From a virus (taxonomy: Duplodnaviria; Caudoviricetes), in IMG/VR virus record IMGVR_UViG_3300022178_004106, positions 1 to 39,516 of that record: a stretch of 39,516 nt of DNA. The stretch is one strand, 5' to 3'. The notes under the pieces were generated by a model that saw only the letters and a list, made by a program, of their open reading frames with translations, was not told the origin of the DNA and did no database searches. Position 1 is the first letter of the stretch. Each line of letters starts with the position of its first letter. The translations under genes and the position numbers were made by a program. Below, piece by piece: positions 27,501-36,950 of the stretch.

Positions 27501-29156
27501 ACTATTGCTCGTGAGCACAGGTGTTGTTCTGCCGTATTTATCCATATATGCCACTCCTATTTGATAGGTGCGCATTGTTTTAATTGATGGGTGTACTAAT
27601 ACGTTGTTTGTATTAACATAAGTAGGCCCTGTGTTCTCAGTGGATATAGTCCTAGAGTACAATCCAACCGACATATCTGTTTTGTAGGGAACTTTGGTAA
27701 ACGGAGTGCTTAATGTAAAATTTTGAACGTAGTTGCCATATATTAATCTATTTGCTGTTACTTCTTGAGCGAGAGCTCTGCGAGGCACATTGTCATAAGG
27801 TCTTAATAGCTGGTTGCTTTGTATTACAGAAGTTATTATTTCCGTCTTTATTTCAAAAGTGTTGTTTTGCCAACCTGCGTCTGTAGACTTAAACCCATCA
27901 ACAACATACACGTTAGCATTGTTCGATGCCTTGTAAAGTATTTCTACTTCTTCAACATCTCCTGGCATATCCGCAGGTATAAAATTAGATATAGTTAACT
28001 GCCTAGTATTGTTAGTCATACCAAGGTTATAACCCTCTTTTGGAGAATAGTCAAACTCCCCTGGCAAAAAAGCTACATTTGAAAAAGCAGAGTAAGCAGA
28101 AACCTGATTGTTCTTATATTTCCACCTTGTAGCGAATCTGGCAAACTTGAATTCAAAAAGCGGTTCTTGCTGCTCGAGTATTACGTTATATAGTTGAGGG
28201 TTTGTTGTATCCGCCCCTGTTGTACTTGGCCCCACGCTCAACACAATAACATCAGCCCCTGTTTGTGTAGCCCCTTCTTCAGGTGGAATAATCCCTGCTA
28301 TAGAGCATCTTATTTCTGCAACTTCTGAACCGGTTTCGCCTTCATTATCAAGAGTTAGTATAAGTACATCTCCCTCTCTATAAAAAGGAGGGGTCTGGTT
28401 TTGTGCCCAGGTTAATGTTTTTTCAGTACCGGTAGACACTGGAGTAGCAACTCCTGCTCCATTTAAAATCATAAAACTAGCGTCCGTAGTAGTAGATATA
28501 TTAACAATATTGCCCTCATTATCCTCCTGCGCAACTGAAGATAATGATATTGTAGGCGGATTTAATGGATACTTTTTTATTACAGTAATATCTTGCTCAA
28601 TAAAATCTCTCCCATATATTCGCGAGTGTGTGCTAAAATCAGGGGTTGAATTAACCCAATCCTTTATGGTTATACTTTTGGGCTCAGTTTGGTTATCTGT
28701 CCACATTAGTATACCCTCTATTATATTTATACCTGTTATTAAGTAATCCTTACTAAAATTAAGGATACCCTCGTCATAGTCTACTATTAACGGGGCTGTT
28801 ACTTTTGTTACGGTATTATACGAAGCTATAGCACTAATATCACCTGGGCCTGAGGCTATAAACCAATATATTTCATCTGAATTTCTGTCAGCTACAGAAC
28901 CTATACATACTGCGTCATTAATATCGTCGTCAATATAACCACTGGTCCACAAAGTTCTTTGCTGCGTAACTGGATTATATGTTTTATACCTTAGCTCTAA
29001 GTTACCTTTTATATTTTGAAAAGTACCAACCTGTGAGCTATCAGAAGAAGCTAACTCTAAATTTAAAGCATCTCTATATTCTCCGTTAGGAACAAGCCTT
29101 TCATCAAGATCTTTGTTCATTTTACCCGAGGTAAATGTGCGTATTAATTCTGCCAT
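24588..29156 (-). CDS. Tail nozzle/stabilization protein (P22 gp10/crAss-like)
   Basis: N-terminus FTSGKMNKDLDERLVPNGEYRDALN; beta-propeller-like C-terminal region (NPESFA, YYTDANRGSVLRLS); follows the ring proteins. Confidence 0.7.
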   Translation of the reverse strand: MAELIRTFTSGKMNKDLDERLVPNGEYRDALNLELASSDSSQVGTFQNIKGNLELRYKTYNPVTQQRTLWTSGYIDDDINDAVCIGSVADRNSDEIYWFIASGPGDISAIASYNTVTKVTAPLIVDYDEGILNFSKDYLITGINIIEGILMWTDNQTEPKSITIKDWVNSTPDFSTHSRIYGRDFIEQDITVIKKYPLNPPTISLSSVAQEDNEGNIVNISTTTDASFMILNGAGVATPVSTGTEKTLTWAQNQTPPFYREGDVLILTLDNEGETGSEVAEIRCSIAGIIPPEEGATQTGADVIVLSVGPSTTGADTTNPQLYNVILEQQEPLFEFKFARFATRWKYKNNQVSAYSAFSNVAFLPGEFDYSPKEGYNLGMTNNTRQLTISNFIPADMPGDVEEVEILYKASNNANVYVVDGFKSTDAGWQNNTFEIKTEIITSVIQSNQLLRPYDNVPRRALAQEVTANRLIYGNYVQNFTLSTPFTKVPYKTDMSVGLYSRTISTENTGPTYVNTNNVLVHPSIKTMRTYQIGVAYMDKYGRTTPVLTSNSASLVVEKASSASANNIRVSLIGNPPQYKTLTGYESFSHYKYYIKETSRDYYNLALDRFYDAEDGNVWLSFPSAERNKVDEETFLILKKEHDNNIPVFEKSRYKVIAIENEAPLFLTQQRLGKGNLITDFGGGQGATPVEGGNELQVSKIDFNVAFGAETRTESGLQLRVTGSAGQVSDYYKISTFSLDGTQAFVRMVVSPAFGPDVDFATVSSGAVPIGTGITLYDLTDTKKAEFTGRFFVKVNSDNILREKIQAARNNNNTFIRKAIAPLWNFSSASEFNSSFWKEGGTWPQVDATGKTGRIFIDRFNPKCESRGQGTDIEGKIVITDATGYGAGRTNTTNGHAHGIVDRNPRLLEQLNTVGTMFRFVDIGNGVEDPTGTVYVVTNSQLNLGTTYDCTNNSGPLSGNDAWDAQTNQYARWTLTFKQLEGGSTALPWNPSTLPNIIEGSGSAYNFTNPLAYVGIEFLASDPNDDTFSSSSPAIFETEPKEAAELDIYWEAPGVYDISDFGQTQDLTWFNCYSFANGVESDRIRDDFNQPIIGDGVKASATLDAPYTEEHRSTGLIFSQIFNSVSSTNNLNQFIQAEGITKDVNPEYGSIQKLHTRDTDLITLCENKSMKILAKKDALFNADGSTNLTSNAAVLGQTITFQGEFGIATNPESFAEFGFRMYYTDANRGSVLRLSGDGITDISDYGMHSFFSDNLNVNKTIIGSYDVQKRNYNISLNALTPYWQQTLGAGTFDRLNKHPLCNQFVNSLPTTSTTVSFKEDINGFTSRKVYVPESATYINNVYYTFKNGLIYEHAANPLYNTFYGVGPGASELIGPYYESSFNTIFNDNPAMVKGYKTLNYSGTDSKEYSYTNTNAPNPQWFSLAQIQAANITPVRVRETEGWYVNSIVTDLQEGQLKEFIDKEGKKFNYIRGMDTFYTTNCDNNVDSREFSVQGIGRANVVNVIQTEFLVVNSLDTDCFTPR

Positions 29157-29162
29157 TTAATT

Positions 29163-30086
29163 TTAGTGTTTAATCCATTTTGATTGATTTCTAAATACCT
29201 GTGCCATTAGGTCTGACTTAAGCTCTGACAATCTAATTTTAGCGTTTCTTCTCGCTGCTGAAGCAACCTTCTTGAATCTAGCAACTAAATACTCTTGTAC
29301 GTTAGATCTTGTAGATAGTATAGAATAAGCTATATACTTTTCTATTGCATCCATCGCAAACTTATGAACAGTCATATCCTCTGCAGTACTTAATCCGTCA
29401 CTTATGTACTTTAATGTAACTATTCTTCCTCTTATATCTGAGCTAAATCTAATTACCCCGTTTATTCTATCAATGTAAAAAGTACCGTTTGCTTGAGCTT
29501 GCTCTGGGTTTATACCGTACCTTCCGCCATAAGCGTAAAGTGCTAACAGGTCTGGATTGTTTACTAAATCCCAGTTACCGCCGCCTGCTCCCGCCAAAGG
29601 GAAATTACTTTTAGCATTCCATCTTTTCAATGTTTCTGACTCATCCGCTAAAGGTATATTACCTTCATTATCAAAAGTATACTCATAATCACTATCTTGT
29701 ATAATAGCATTTGGATTACTTGTTAAATCGGTTTTATATATTATTCTTTCTATACCTCGGCTATCTGTCCAAGACAGCTTTGTGTAATTAACATAATCTT
29801 GCGGTAACACCATATATAGCCCCGGAGGTATCTCAATTTCTATTGATTTATCCTGAGGCAGTGTATCAAAGCTAAACTCCTGGATAGCTCGCTGCGCCCA
29901 ATAAGCAACATCAGTTCTTTTTACTTTGGTTATTAGCTTATCCTGCCCAACATAGGCAACTATAAAGTTGTTTATAATATCTGTTATGCTAACAAACTGG
30001 TAATCACCGTAATTTTCATCACCACTATCCCATACGCCGTCTGCTCCTAAGTAGTATTCTTCTGGAGTTTGATTTATTAATGCCAT
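29163..30086 (-). CDS. Tail tubular/ring (adaptor) protein
   Basis: LPQDYVNYTK motif and position after the capsid genes. Confidence 0.6.
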   Translation of the reverse strand: MALINQTPEEYYLGADGVWDSGDENYGDYQFVSITDIINNFIVAYVGQDKLITKVKRTDVAYWAQRAIQEFSFDTLPQDKSIEIEIPPGLYMVLPQDYVNYTKLSWTDSRGIERIIYKTDLTSNPNAIIQDSDYEYTFDNEGNIPLADESETLKRWNAKSNFPLAGAGGGNWDLVNNPDLLALYAYGGRYGINPEQAQANGTFYIDRINGVIRFSSDIRGRIVTLKYISDGLSTAEDMTVHKFAMDAIEKYIAYSILSTRSNVQEYLVARFKKVASAARRNAKIRLSELKSDLMAQVFRNQSKWIKH

Positions 30087-30089
30087 ATA

Positions 30090-30836
30090 TTACGCTTTTT
30101 CTTGTTGGTTTGTTTGTCCTTCTATTTGGTTTGCTATTTGGTATAAACCTATATCTTTCACTAGCAGCCCTGCAAATTCTAATATTTTAATAACTAGCTC
30201 TGTTTCTTCGGACTCATGTAGCTGGAAATTTACTGATTGAGATGCGTCATACAAAGCTTCATTGTAAACCATTTGGTATGCCCATGCTGCTGGTGTGGGT
30301 TCTTTTATATAATTACATGTGACATCCGTAGTTAACTCACTATTACCATATACTCTATATCCGTTTTCGTTGGCTATAAATATTGGTCTTGAATTAGATG
30401 GTTTTGTGTAAGGTGATTGATTTATGTATATAAACTCATTAAAGTTTATTCGCTCTGCCTCAGTAGGCACTACTGTAGTCACCACTGTGTTAGGCACAGG
30501 ATATAATGACTTTGAAGTTATTGTGTTATTGTACACTATGGTTCCTAATCTGTATAAGTCAGCAGGTATAGCCCAGTGAGTTCCCCCGTATACTAAAGCG
30601 GCGTTTTTTTCGAAAATGTTTATTTTTTCGTTCAGAACATTGAGCATGTCAGAAAACTCTGTATCATTGCCCGGCACTCTACCGAATTGGTTGATGTCGT
30701 AAAAATATTGTTCAAATATATCTAATTGCGCTTGGTTTGCAAATAGATTAAATTCTTGTGGGGTAAGATACCCTCTTTGTTCTTTGTTGAGTATTGCTAA
30801 CACTCTTTGATAAACAGTATCTACGCTTACAGCCAT
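30090..30836 (-). CDS. Tail tubular/ring (head-tail adaptor) protein
   Basis: LNKEQRGYLTPQEFNLFANQAQ, IPADLY, YIKEP motifs; crAss-like position. Confidence 0.6.
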   Translation of the reverse strand: MAVSVDTVYQRVLAILNKEQRGYLTPQEFNLFANQAQLDIFEQYFYDINQFGRVPGNDTEFSDMLNVLNEKINIFEKNAALVYGGTHWAIPADLYRLGTIVYNNTITSKSLYPVPNTVVTTVVPTEAERINFNEFIYINQSPYTKPSNSRPIFIANENGYRVYGNSELTTDVTCNYIKEPTPAAWAYQMVYNEALYDASQSVNFQLHESEETELVIKILEFAGLLVKDIGLYQIANQIEGQTNQQEKA

Positions 30837-30854
30837 AATTTGTTTTTTATTTTA

Positions 30855-30898
30855 TATAGTTATAGGCCACCTTTCAGCAGCCTATTACTATAAAGGTG
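30855..30898 (-). promoter_or_regulatory. Intergenic RNA hairpin with GAAA tetraloop and a competing anti-stem
   Basis: Minus-strand UAUAGUAAUAGGCUGCU-GAAA-GGUGGCCUAUAACUAUA; the upstream CACCUUU is complementary to AAAGGUG. Confidence 0.5.
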
Positions 30899-30899
30899 A

Positions 30900-31733
30900 C
30901 TAGTTTAGTCTTTTTTCTATTGCCTTGTATATTTCCATACCTTCGTCTGTTCTAAAAAATGCAGACAAAGCAAAGTAAGGATGCTCATCAAACGGCACTG
31001 TCATTACTTTTCTACCGGTATTTCCGTATGTAAAGGTTCTTTGATCTTGTGATAAATTTAATATACCCATTTCAACAGCTTTTGCTCCGAAACTTCTTAA
31101 TTGCGTATTTTCATCCGTAGCCAATTGTATAAATAGGTTTGGATTCTTTTTAGCAAAAATCAATACATCTCTTTTTATTTCAGAAGATGATAGTTCTGTT
31201 ACAGATGCACCCATTTCAACGCGTAAGATAGCCTCTGCTTCATCAACAGTTAAACTCTTAGCTAGATTCAATGCTTGTAATTCAAACTCAATCCAGTCAA
31301 CCTCATTGCTTGCTTGTTGTGCTGGTTTGTATTCTTCGTATATTCCACTTTTTAATGCTGGGTGATACAAAGATAATAGTTTTTGTAATACTACATTTTC
31401 TTTTGGAACGTTAAGTTTACCGTCTCTAAATACAATGCGCCCCATGACCACTTGTCCTTGCTGCTCATCTACAAAGCAGGATCTTTGGTTTGTCGCGTAT
31501 CTTAGTTCTCTTTGGTAACCTAACTCTTCATCAAAATGTAATAAACTTTTTTTATTACCATGCGATGTAGGCAAGGTAAAAACCAGGGGCTTCGATCTTG
31601 TTAGCTCATATAGCCTGTCTTTAATAACCCACTCGTTTTTTGGTTTTTTTATTTCAGCAATTGGTTTAACAACTTGCTTTACTTCTTCCTGAGGAGCAAC
31701 CTCAACTTTGCTTGCTGTAGCTTTTTTAGCCAT
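30900..31733 (-). CDS. Conserved-position structural/assembly protein downstream of the major capsid protein
   Basis: 277-aa ORF directly after the MCP gene. Confidence 0.6.
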   Translation of the reverse strand: MAKKATASKVEVAPQEEVKQVVKPIAEIKKPKNEWVIKDRLYELTRSKPLVFTLPTSHGNKKSLLHFDEELGYQRELRYATNQRSCFVDEQQGQVVMGRIVFRDGKLNVPKENVVLQKLLSLYHPALKSGIYEEYKPAQQASNEVDWIEFELQALNLAKSLTVDEAEAILRVEMGASVTELSSSEIKRDVLIFAKKNPNLFIQLATDENTQLRSFGAKAVEMGILNLSQDQRTFTYGNTGRKVMTVPFDEHPYFALSAFFRTDEGMEIYKAIEKRLN

Positions 31734-31765
31734 AATATAATATAATATAAATGTTAATAATGTAT

Positions 31766-31856
31766 GACGATAGCCTGTTACTATTTAATATAACTAGCTA
31801 CTGTCGCTAATAGTAGTAATAACTACCCCCGTAGATTCAACGAGGGTAATCATTAC
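31766..31856 (-). promoter_or_regulatory. Two tandem RNA hairpins after the major capsid gene (stabiliser/attenuator)
   Basis: 17-bp stem at 31816-31856 with three G-U pairs valid only on the - strand, plus an imperfect stem at 31766-31805. Confidence 0.55.
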
Positions 31857-31866
31857 AATAAACTTA

Positions 31867-33306
31867 CTACAATGTATTTTTTAGTAATACAAAGTTGTTA
31901 GCTGCTTGAGTACACATAGTTCTTTCCGATAGGAAGTGAACATTCATTGCATCCTCGTCACTTGTGTAGTTTCCACCAACTGAACCAGTTACCCAAGATT
32001 TCAAACGTCTGTCATCAGCTTCTGAAGCTCTATAACGGATATGTAAGAAAGGTCGTGAGATGTTTTGTCCTAATTGTTGATCATATACAGTAGATGTTCC
32101 TGCTGGAACTATTACTCCTGATATATCTGAAATAAGTCCACGAGTTGTAGAATCATTTAAGTATTTCCAGTCTGTCTTGTAGAAATCGTAAGATCCTCTA
32201 CGGAATCCTGAAAATCCTAAATTCAACGCCATTTCTTCAGAGTTTTCAAATACACCGTAAGATGTACCACCTGCTCCATAAGAATTTTGTTGTGCCAACA
32301 TATTATCAATGCTTAAAGAAGTACCGCGATCTAAGAACATCATGTTCTCTTCAATCGCTCCTTGCTTATCAAGCTCTTGTAATATAGTGTCAAATTGCGT
32401 TAAACCCGTAGCGGCATCAAAATCTGGATCGTTAAATACTAGTCCTCTAGTTTCTAATGAATCAAACAAACCTTGCATACCTGAGATAGTAGCGCCCGCT
32501 GCGTCAGTGAAAGCACTTTGAGCATCTTTGGCTTCAACCATAGACATCTCTAAGTAATCTTCAAAACGAATTCTAGACTCATGCTCAGACTTTAGGTACC
32601 ATAGGTATCCTCCAGTTCCGATCTCAGTAGTAACTTCAACCCATCCGATTTGAGCAACGTCTGATCCGTTAACGGCATATTTGTCTCTTAAGATGATTGG
32701 CTTGTTACTGAAAGTTGTAAAAGAAGCGTCAACTGAATTACCAGCTAAGCTAGATCCTTTACCATACTCAGATCCATATACGAATAAGCTAAGTGGCGCT
32801 CCTGATGTTGCCCCTGCTAAAGCTGCTGGTAATTGACCATTGGCAGTATCATATACTTCAATGTTATACGTTTGTAATCCACCTGCTAAAGCCCCTACAG
32901 ACTTTACGAAAGCTTTTACTGTAGTGTTGCCTTTAGCTACTACAATTGTCATACCAGGTCCTAGTAATGGCACTTTGCCATCTGCTCCAGGAGAAGGTAA
33001 TATAATAGTTTTAGCTGCGGCTGCACCAGAAGTAGCAGTATCGTAAGCAATGTGTAGTCTTCCTTGTTCTGACCAAACTACTTGATCCGACGCCATAGGC
33101 ATCTCTGCTCCGACCATACGTAAAAATCCGGTGATTGTTCTGTTTCCATAACGCTCAATTTCTTTTTCGTATACCTCAGGTAAAAATTGTTGTGCCCAAT
33201 CCATATCCGCGAGAGCTAAATAGTTGTCTCCGAATAATCCTTTTACAGGGCGTGGTGTTAAATGTGCCAGGTTAGCTAATGTAGCTGGCGCTGTTGCAAA
33301 TGCCAT
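31867..33306 (-). CDS. Major capsid protein
   Basis: 479 aa; follows portal and scaffold; strongly biased codons; followed by hairpins; crAss-like size and position. Confidence 0.8.
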   Translation of the reverse strand: MAFATAPATLANLAHLTPRPVKGLFGDNYLALADMDWAQQFLPEVYEKEIERYGNRTITGFLRMVGAEMPMASDQVVWSEQGRLHIAYDTATSGAAAAKTIILPSPGADGKVPLLGPGMTIVVAKGNTTVKAFVKSVGALAGGLQTYNIEVYDTANGQLPAALAGATSGAPLSLFVYGSEYGKGSSLAGNSVDASFTTFSNKPIILRDKYAVNGSDVAQIGWVEVTTEIGTGGYLWYLKSEHESRIRFEDYLEMSMVEAKDAQSAFTDAAGATISGMQGLFDSLETRGLVFNDPDFDAATGLTQFDTILQELDKQGAIEENMMFLDRGTSLSIDNMLAQQNSYGAGGTSYGVFENSEEMALNLGFSGFRRGSYDFYKTDWKYLNDSTTRGLISDISGVIVPAGTSTVYDQQLGQNISRPFLHIRYRASEADDRRLKSWVTGSVGGNYTSDEDAMNVHFLSERTMCTQAANNFVLLKNTL

Positions 33307-33314
33307 AATTTTTG

Positions 33315-34478
33315 TTATTTAATGTGTTTAAATGTTTTGATTTTTAATTTTGAACCACTTCCCCCGGAATCAACAGATCTAACTGACCAACCATTCGGTG
33401 CTTTAACATCTTCGTGAACGCCTCTCGCGCCCATTTGTACGTTTTTCGAATTGGTTATACTCGTTTTCATTGCATCGGCTTTGCCTTGCTCATAAAAATG
33501 ATTTGCAATTGAATCTGCATTCATAGCTGTAAATAATCCCTTATGGTAACCCGCAGCATCTGACATTGCATTATCTTTGTCTAAGAACTTCTTGACGAAA
33601 TTGTTAATGTCACTTTGGGTCTCCTTAACAGAAGGAGCGTCTTTAACTTTAAAACGGAATTTTTTGTCCCCAACCTGATAATCAAAACCTTTGAAATCTT
33701 GGTTAAAAACGTTTTCTGTTTTGTTTAAAAACACCTCTGATTGCTTTTTAGCTAATTGAGTTGCTGTTTCGTTTTCTTTTGTATAGCGATTGAAAAATTC
33801 TACCGCTTTCTTTTGTTCAGGCGCTAATCTAGCACCTCCACGAATTTCTTCGTAATATTTATCTTTTAATCCAGTAAGATGTGCTTTAGCTTTTGCTAGC
33901 TCTTCTCTTCGGGCTAATTTTTTTCTTTTTATGTCACGCTCCTCGTCCATATCCTCGTCATAAAGAAATTTGTCTTCCATTAAGAATTCAATATCTTCTT
34001 TATCTAAATGAGGTTTTGTATCTGCGTAATATTCTTTAAGTAATTGTTCTGCGTCAAGATCCTCGTAATTTTGATTAAGCTTAACGTAGTCTTCAAGAGA
34101 TCCGCTTGTCTCGTTCATGAAGTCCACAACCTTCTGTATATTTTCTGGTAATTCAATGCCCGCGCTGGCTTCAACTACAGCTTGTTCAACCTGCTCAGCA
34201 AGTTCTTCCACTTGTTCCACAACCTCTTCTTCTGTTATCTCTTCTAAAACAGTGTCCTCGATTGCTGTTTCTAATACAGGTTCTGCTGGCGCCTCTGCTG
34301 GTGTTTCTGCAATTAGCTGTTCTTCAACTGGTTGCTCGATAGGTGTTTCTGCCACAGGCTCAGTAAATTTGCCCATGTCCAGTTTAATTGTTCCGTCGTC
34401 TCCCATTGATGTTGGGCTTGTATCCTCAACCGTGACTTCTGTTACCGGCTGTTCTGCAATTTCTTGATTTTCTTCCAT
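33315..34478 (-). CDS. Capsid scaffolding protein
   Basis: Very acidic E/P-rich N-terminus and coiled coils; located between portal and MCP. Confidence 0.65.
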   Translation of the reverse strand: MEENQEIAEQPVTEVTVEDTSPTSMGDDGTIKLDMGKFTEPVAETPIEQPVEEQLIAETPAEAPAEPVLETAIEDTVLEEITEEEVVEQVEELAEQVEQAVVEASAGIELPENIQKVVDFMNETSGSLEDYVKLNQNYEDLDAEQLLKEYYADTKPHLDKEDIEFLMEDKFLYDEDMDEERDIKRKKLARREELAKAKAHLTGLKDKYYEEIRGGARLAPEQKKAVEFFNRYTKENETATQLAKKQSEVFLNKTENVFNQDFKGFDYQVGDKKFRFKVKDAPSVKETQSDINNFVKKFLDKDNAMSDAAGYHKGLFTAMNADSIANHFYEQGKADAMKTSITNSKNVQMGARGVHEDVKAPNGWSVRSVDSGGSGSKLKIKTFKHIK

Positions 34479-34516
34479 GATAAAATATTATATAATTATT
34501 GTTACTATTATTATTA

Positions 34517-36949
34517 TTACCTAGGATCGAACCCTCCTAAGCCAAATCCTCCGTCCATTACGTCATTTCCTGCAGACTCAAAGTTTTTAGCTGGAGAATC
34601 GTTTTTTCTTTGCTCGATCATTTCACTTTGTTGAGTACCTTGTATTCTTGTGCGTTGGTCCTTGCGATCCTCCATTTCCTTTTCTTTGGCTTGATTTTTG
34701 TTTACCTCAAGACCCTTAAGCTGCATGTTATACTGGAATTCTAATCCCATTAACTCTTTCTTGGCGGCTACTTCCGTAGACATTTCTTGTTGTCTTAATT
34801 GGCCTTTGAGTTGTTCTAGTTGTGCCTTAGTTTGAAATAGAGCTTGATCTTTTTGTATTTCTGCCTGAGCAGCAACCTGTTGCGCTTGAGCATTTGCCTG
34901 GGCTTGGGCTTGTATATTAGCTTGTTGCTCTGCCTGTAACCTAGCTTGTCGTTGCTTCTGCTTAACTTTTAGCAATTGGTTTGCTAGCTTTATATTTTTA
35001 ACTTCTCGTATGTCAATAGCATCAGATAAATCTATAGATCCTTGTTGTAAAGCAACCTGAACATTGTTTTCAAGCATAGCGGATTCTTCTGCGTCGGGCA
35101 TTAGTTCAAGGGATATTCCAAAATCGTGCATGTATAAATCCGACATTTCCTCCAGGATACCTACATTAAATTTACCTATTTTGGTTATAAATGCTTCCTT
35201 AGCTGGATGATACTCTATTATATCCGATATTCTAAGTGACAAACATTCACAAAGCTCTCTTGTTAAATACAACCCAGAGTCAAGTATATGCCTTGTTGCA
35301 GTGTTTGAATTTGCTGCTGCTAATTTTTGTACACCTACTAATGCTCTAGAATCAGGTGTAGACCCGTCTCTTGCTTCATTTAATCCAGTTACATCTCTTA
35401 TCATTTGAAGATAATAGTTGTACGTAGATATTAATGTTTGTAGCTTTTGACCACCACTACCAGTAGGTACTTCTTGTATAGGTACTTTACCAGGATTCAT
35501 GTCTCCTTCTTGCGTAAATGATCTACCTATTATAGAACCTGTTTGAAAAAACATATTCAGTGCTTCCTGTGGATTGTAATTTGTGCCATTACCTAAATCA
35601 ACCTCGTTGATTCCATCAGCGTCAAGATAAACACCATCAGGTATCATTCTTTGTAACACTTGTTGTAATTTCAAGTGAGTTAACTGTACCATATCAGCAA
35701 ATCCTGTACACTTGCTTACTAATGATTCTATTCTACCCTTATACATTCTAGGGGCAGTAATAGCGTAATTCATTTTAACCTTAGACACATCGCTTTTGGG
35801 GCGCATCATGTTTTTCGCCATTTCCCATTTAAGCATAATATCAGTACCAACAATCATTACCCCTTCGTAAAGTACCTCAAGTGATCTTGACATTTTGCCA
35901 AATTGCTCCTCAAGCATTTCTACTGGTGGATCAAACTGATCGTCTCTTACTATTATCTTAGTTGCTCCTGTGGAAGTTTCTTTAACTTTGTATACTTCAT
36001 TCATGTAAGTTTTATAATTAAAGTATAAAACCTGTATGACGTTTGAATCTCTATTGTTGTTATATTCGTTGCTGACGTTAGTATCAAAGACGCCGTAATT
36101 TTGTGTTCCTTGTTGCTGGATTCTTTCTAATTGATCCTGCGTTAAATTTGGGAATTGCTTTTTAAGCTCGTTTATTGGCACGAACTTAACTTCTCCCGCA
36201 TAATATATGTCTTGAAAATAAGGGTCCTCAGTATAAGAATATACTAAATAAGCTGGATCAACGTAATCAATAGTTACTCCTTCTGATTCTGAAAAGTTAT
36301 TTTTAACAGCTCCAATACCTAAAGTAGCAAGATCCAAATAAGTTCTCCTTTTTGTTAAATCATATCTGTTTTCGTCAAGTAATGTATTAAGGGCAGTTTC
36401 CTCCGCTATTTCAATACCTTGCTTGTAAGTAAGCTGCATGTGTATGTCAAGCTCTTCTTGTGAATCGGGTAATGTTTCTGGGGGGTTTTCAAAAAGATTA
36501 ATACCAAAGTTTTCTTGCGCAAAATTGTTAAGCTCTTCCGTTTGCTTATCTCTTATTACGGATTCCATATAAGCAGATCTTTTACTTATACCGTACGGAT
36601 CTTGTGAATAAGTAGTAATATCAAAAGACCTATCAGCAATACCGTTTACAACTATATCAACAAACTTTGATAGTATAGGAACGGGTTTCCAGTCTAAATT
36701 CAAGTAAGATAAATCCCCATTAATAGAAAGTTCGTCTTTATACTTCTGCACAGGCTGTTCACCTCTTGCATATAGCCTTAAATTATGAAAAGTATTTTGA
36801 TTACTTCTATAGCGAGTTGTCCCTGTATTACTGGAAAACCATTCGTTTTGAATCGCTCTACCAACCTGTAATCCGTAACTCTCAGAAACTTTTTCTTGGT
36901 CACTTACCACCTGGCTAGGGAAAAAACTATTTACTGCATTTATCGCCAT
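34517..36949 (-). CDS. Portal protein
   Basis: 810 aa directly after TerL; IRDVTGLNEARDG motif and Q/A-rich C-terminal barrel coiled coil. Confidence 0.8.
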   Translation of the reverse strand: MAINAVNSFFPSQVVSDQEKVSESYGLQVGRAIQNEWFSSNTGTTRYRSNQNTFHNLRLYARGEQPVQKYKDELSINGDLSYLNLDWKPVPILSKFVDIVVNGIADRSFDITTYSQDPYGISKRSAYMESVIRDKQTEELNNFAQENFGINLFENPPETLPDSQEELDIHMQLTYKQGIEIAEETALNTLLDENRYDLTKRRTYLDLATLGIGAVKNNFSESEGVTIDYVDPAYLVYSYTEDPYFQDIYYAGEVKFVPINELKKQFPNLTQDQLERIQQQGTQNYGVFDTNVSNEYNNNRDSNVIQVLYFNYKTYMNEVYKVKETSTGATKIIVRDDQFDPPVEMLEEQFGKMSRSLEVLYEGVMIVGTDIMLKWEMAKNMMRPKSDVSKVKMNYAITAPRMYKGRIESLVSKCTGFADMVQLTHLKLQQVLQRMIPDGVYLDADGINEVDLGNGTNYNPQEALNMFFQTGSIIGRSFTQEGDMNPGKVPIQEVPTGSGGQKLQTLISTYNYYLQMIRDVTGLNEARDGSTPDSRALVGVQKLAAANSNTATRHILDSGLYLTRELCECLSLRISDIIEYHPAKEAFITKIGKFNVGILEEMSDLYMHDFGISLELMPDAEESAMLENNVQVALQQGSIDLSDAIDIREVKNIKLANQLLKVKQKQRQARLQAEQQANIQAQAQANAQAQQVAAQAEIQKDQALFQTKAQLEQLKGQLRQQEMSTEVAAKKELMGLEFQYNMQLKGLEVNKNQAKEKEMEDRKDQRTRIQGTQQSEMIEQRKNDSPAKNFESAGNDVMDGGFGLGGFDPR

Positions 36950-36950
36950 A

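Noticed and set aside
30836-30902. Stop-codon readthrough fusing the 277-aa and 248-aa genes (same frame, structure after UAG)
   Set aside because: Three further in-frame stops (TAG TAA TAG) follow within six codons.
31857-31890. Programmed -1 frameshift at A AAA AAT near the capsid gene end
   Set aside because: The hairpin is about 19 nt away and the -1 frame stops after a few codons.
34150-34478. Apparent repeats in the scaffold N-terminus
   Set aside because: Low-complexity E/P/V/A coding sequence with no discrete nucleotide repeat unit.
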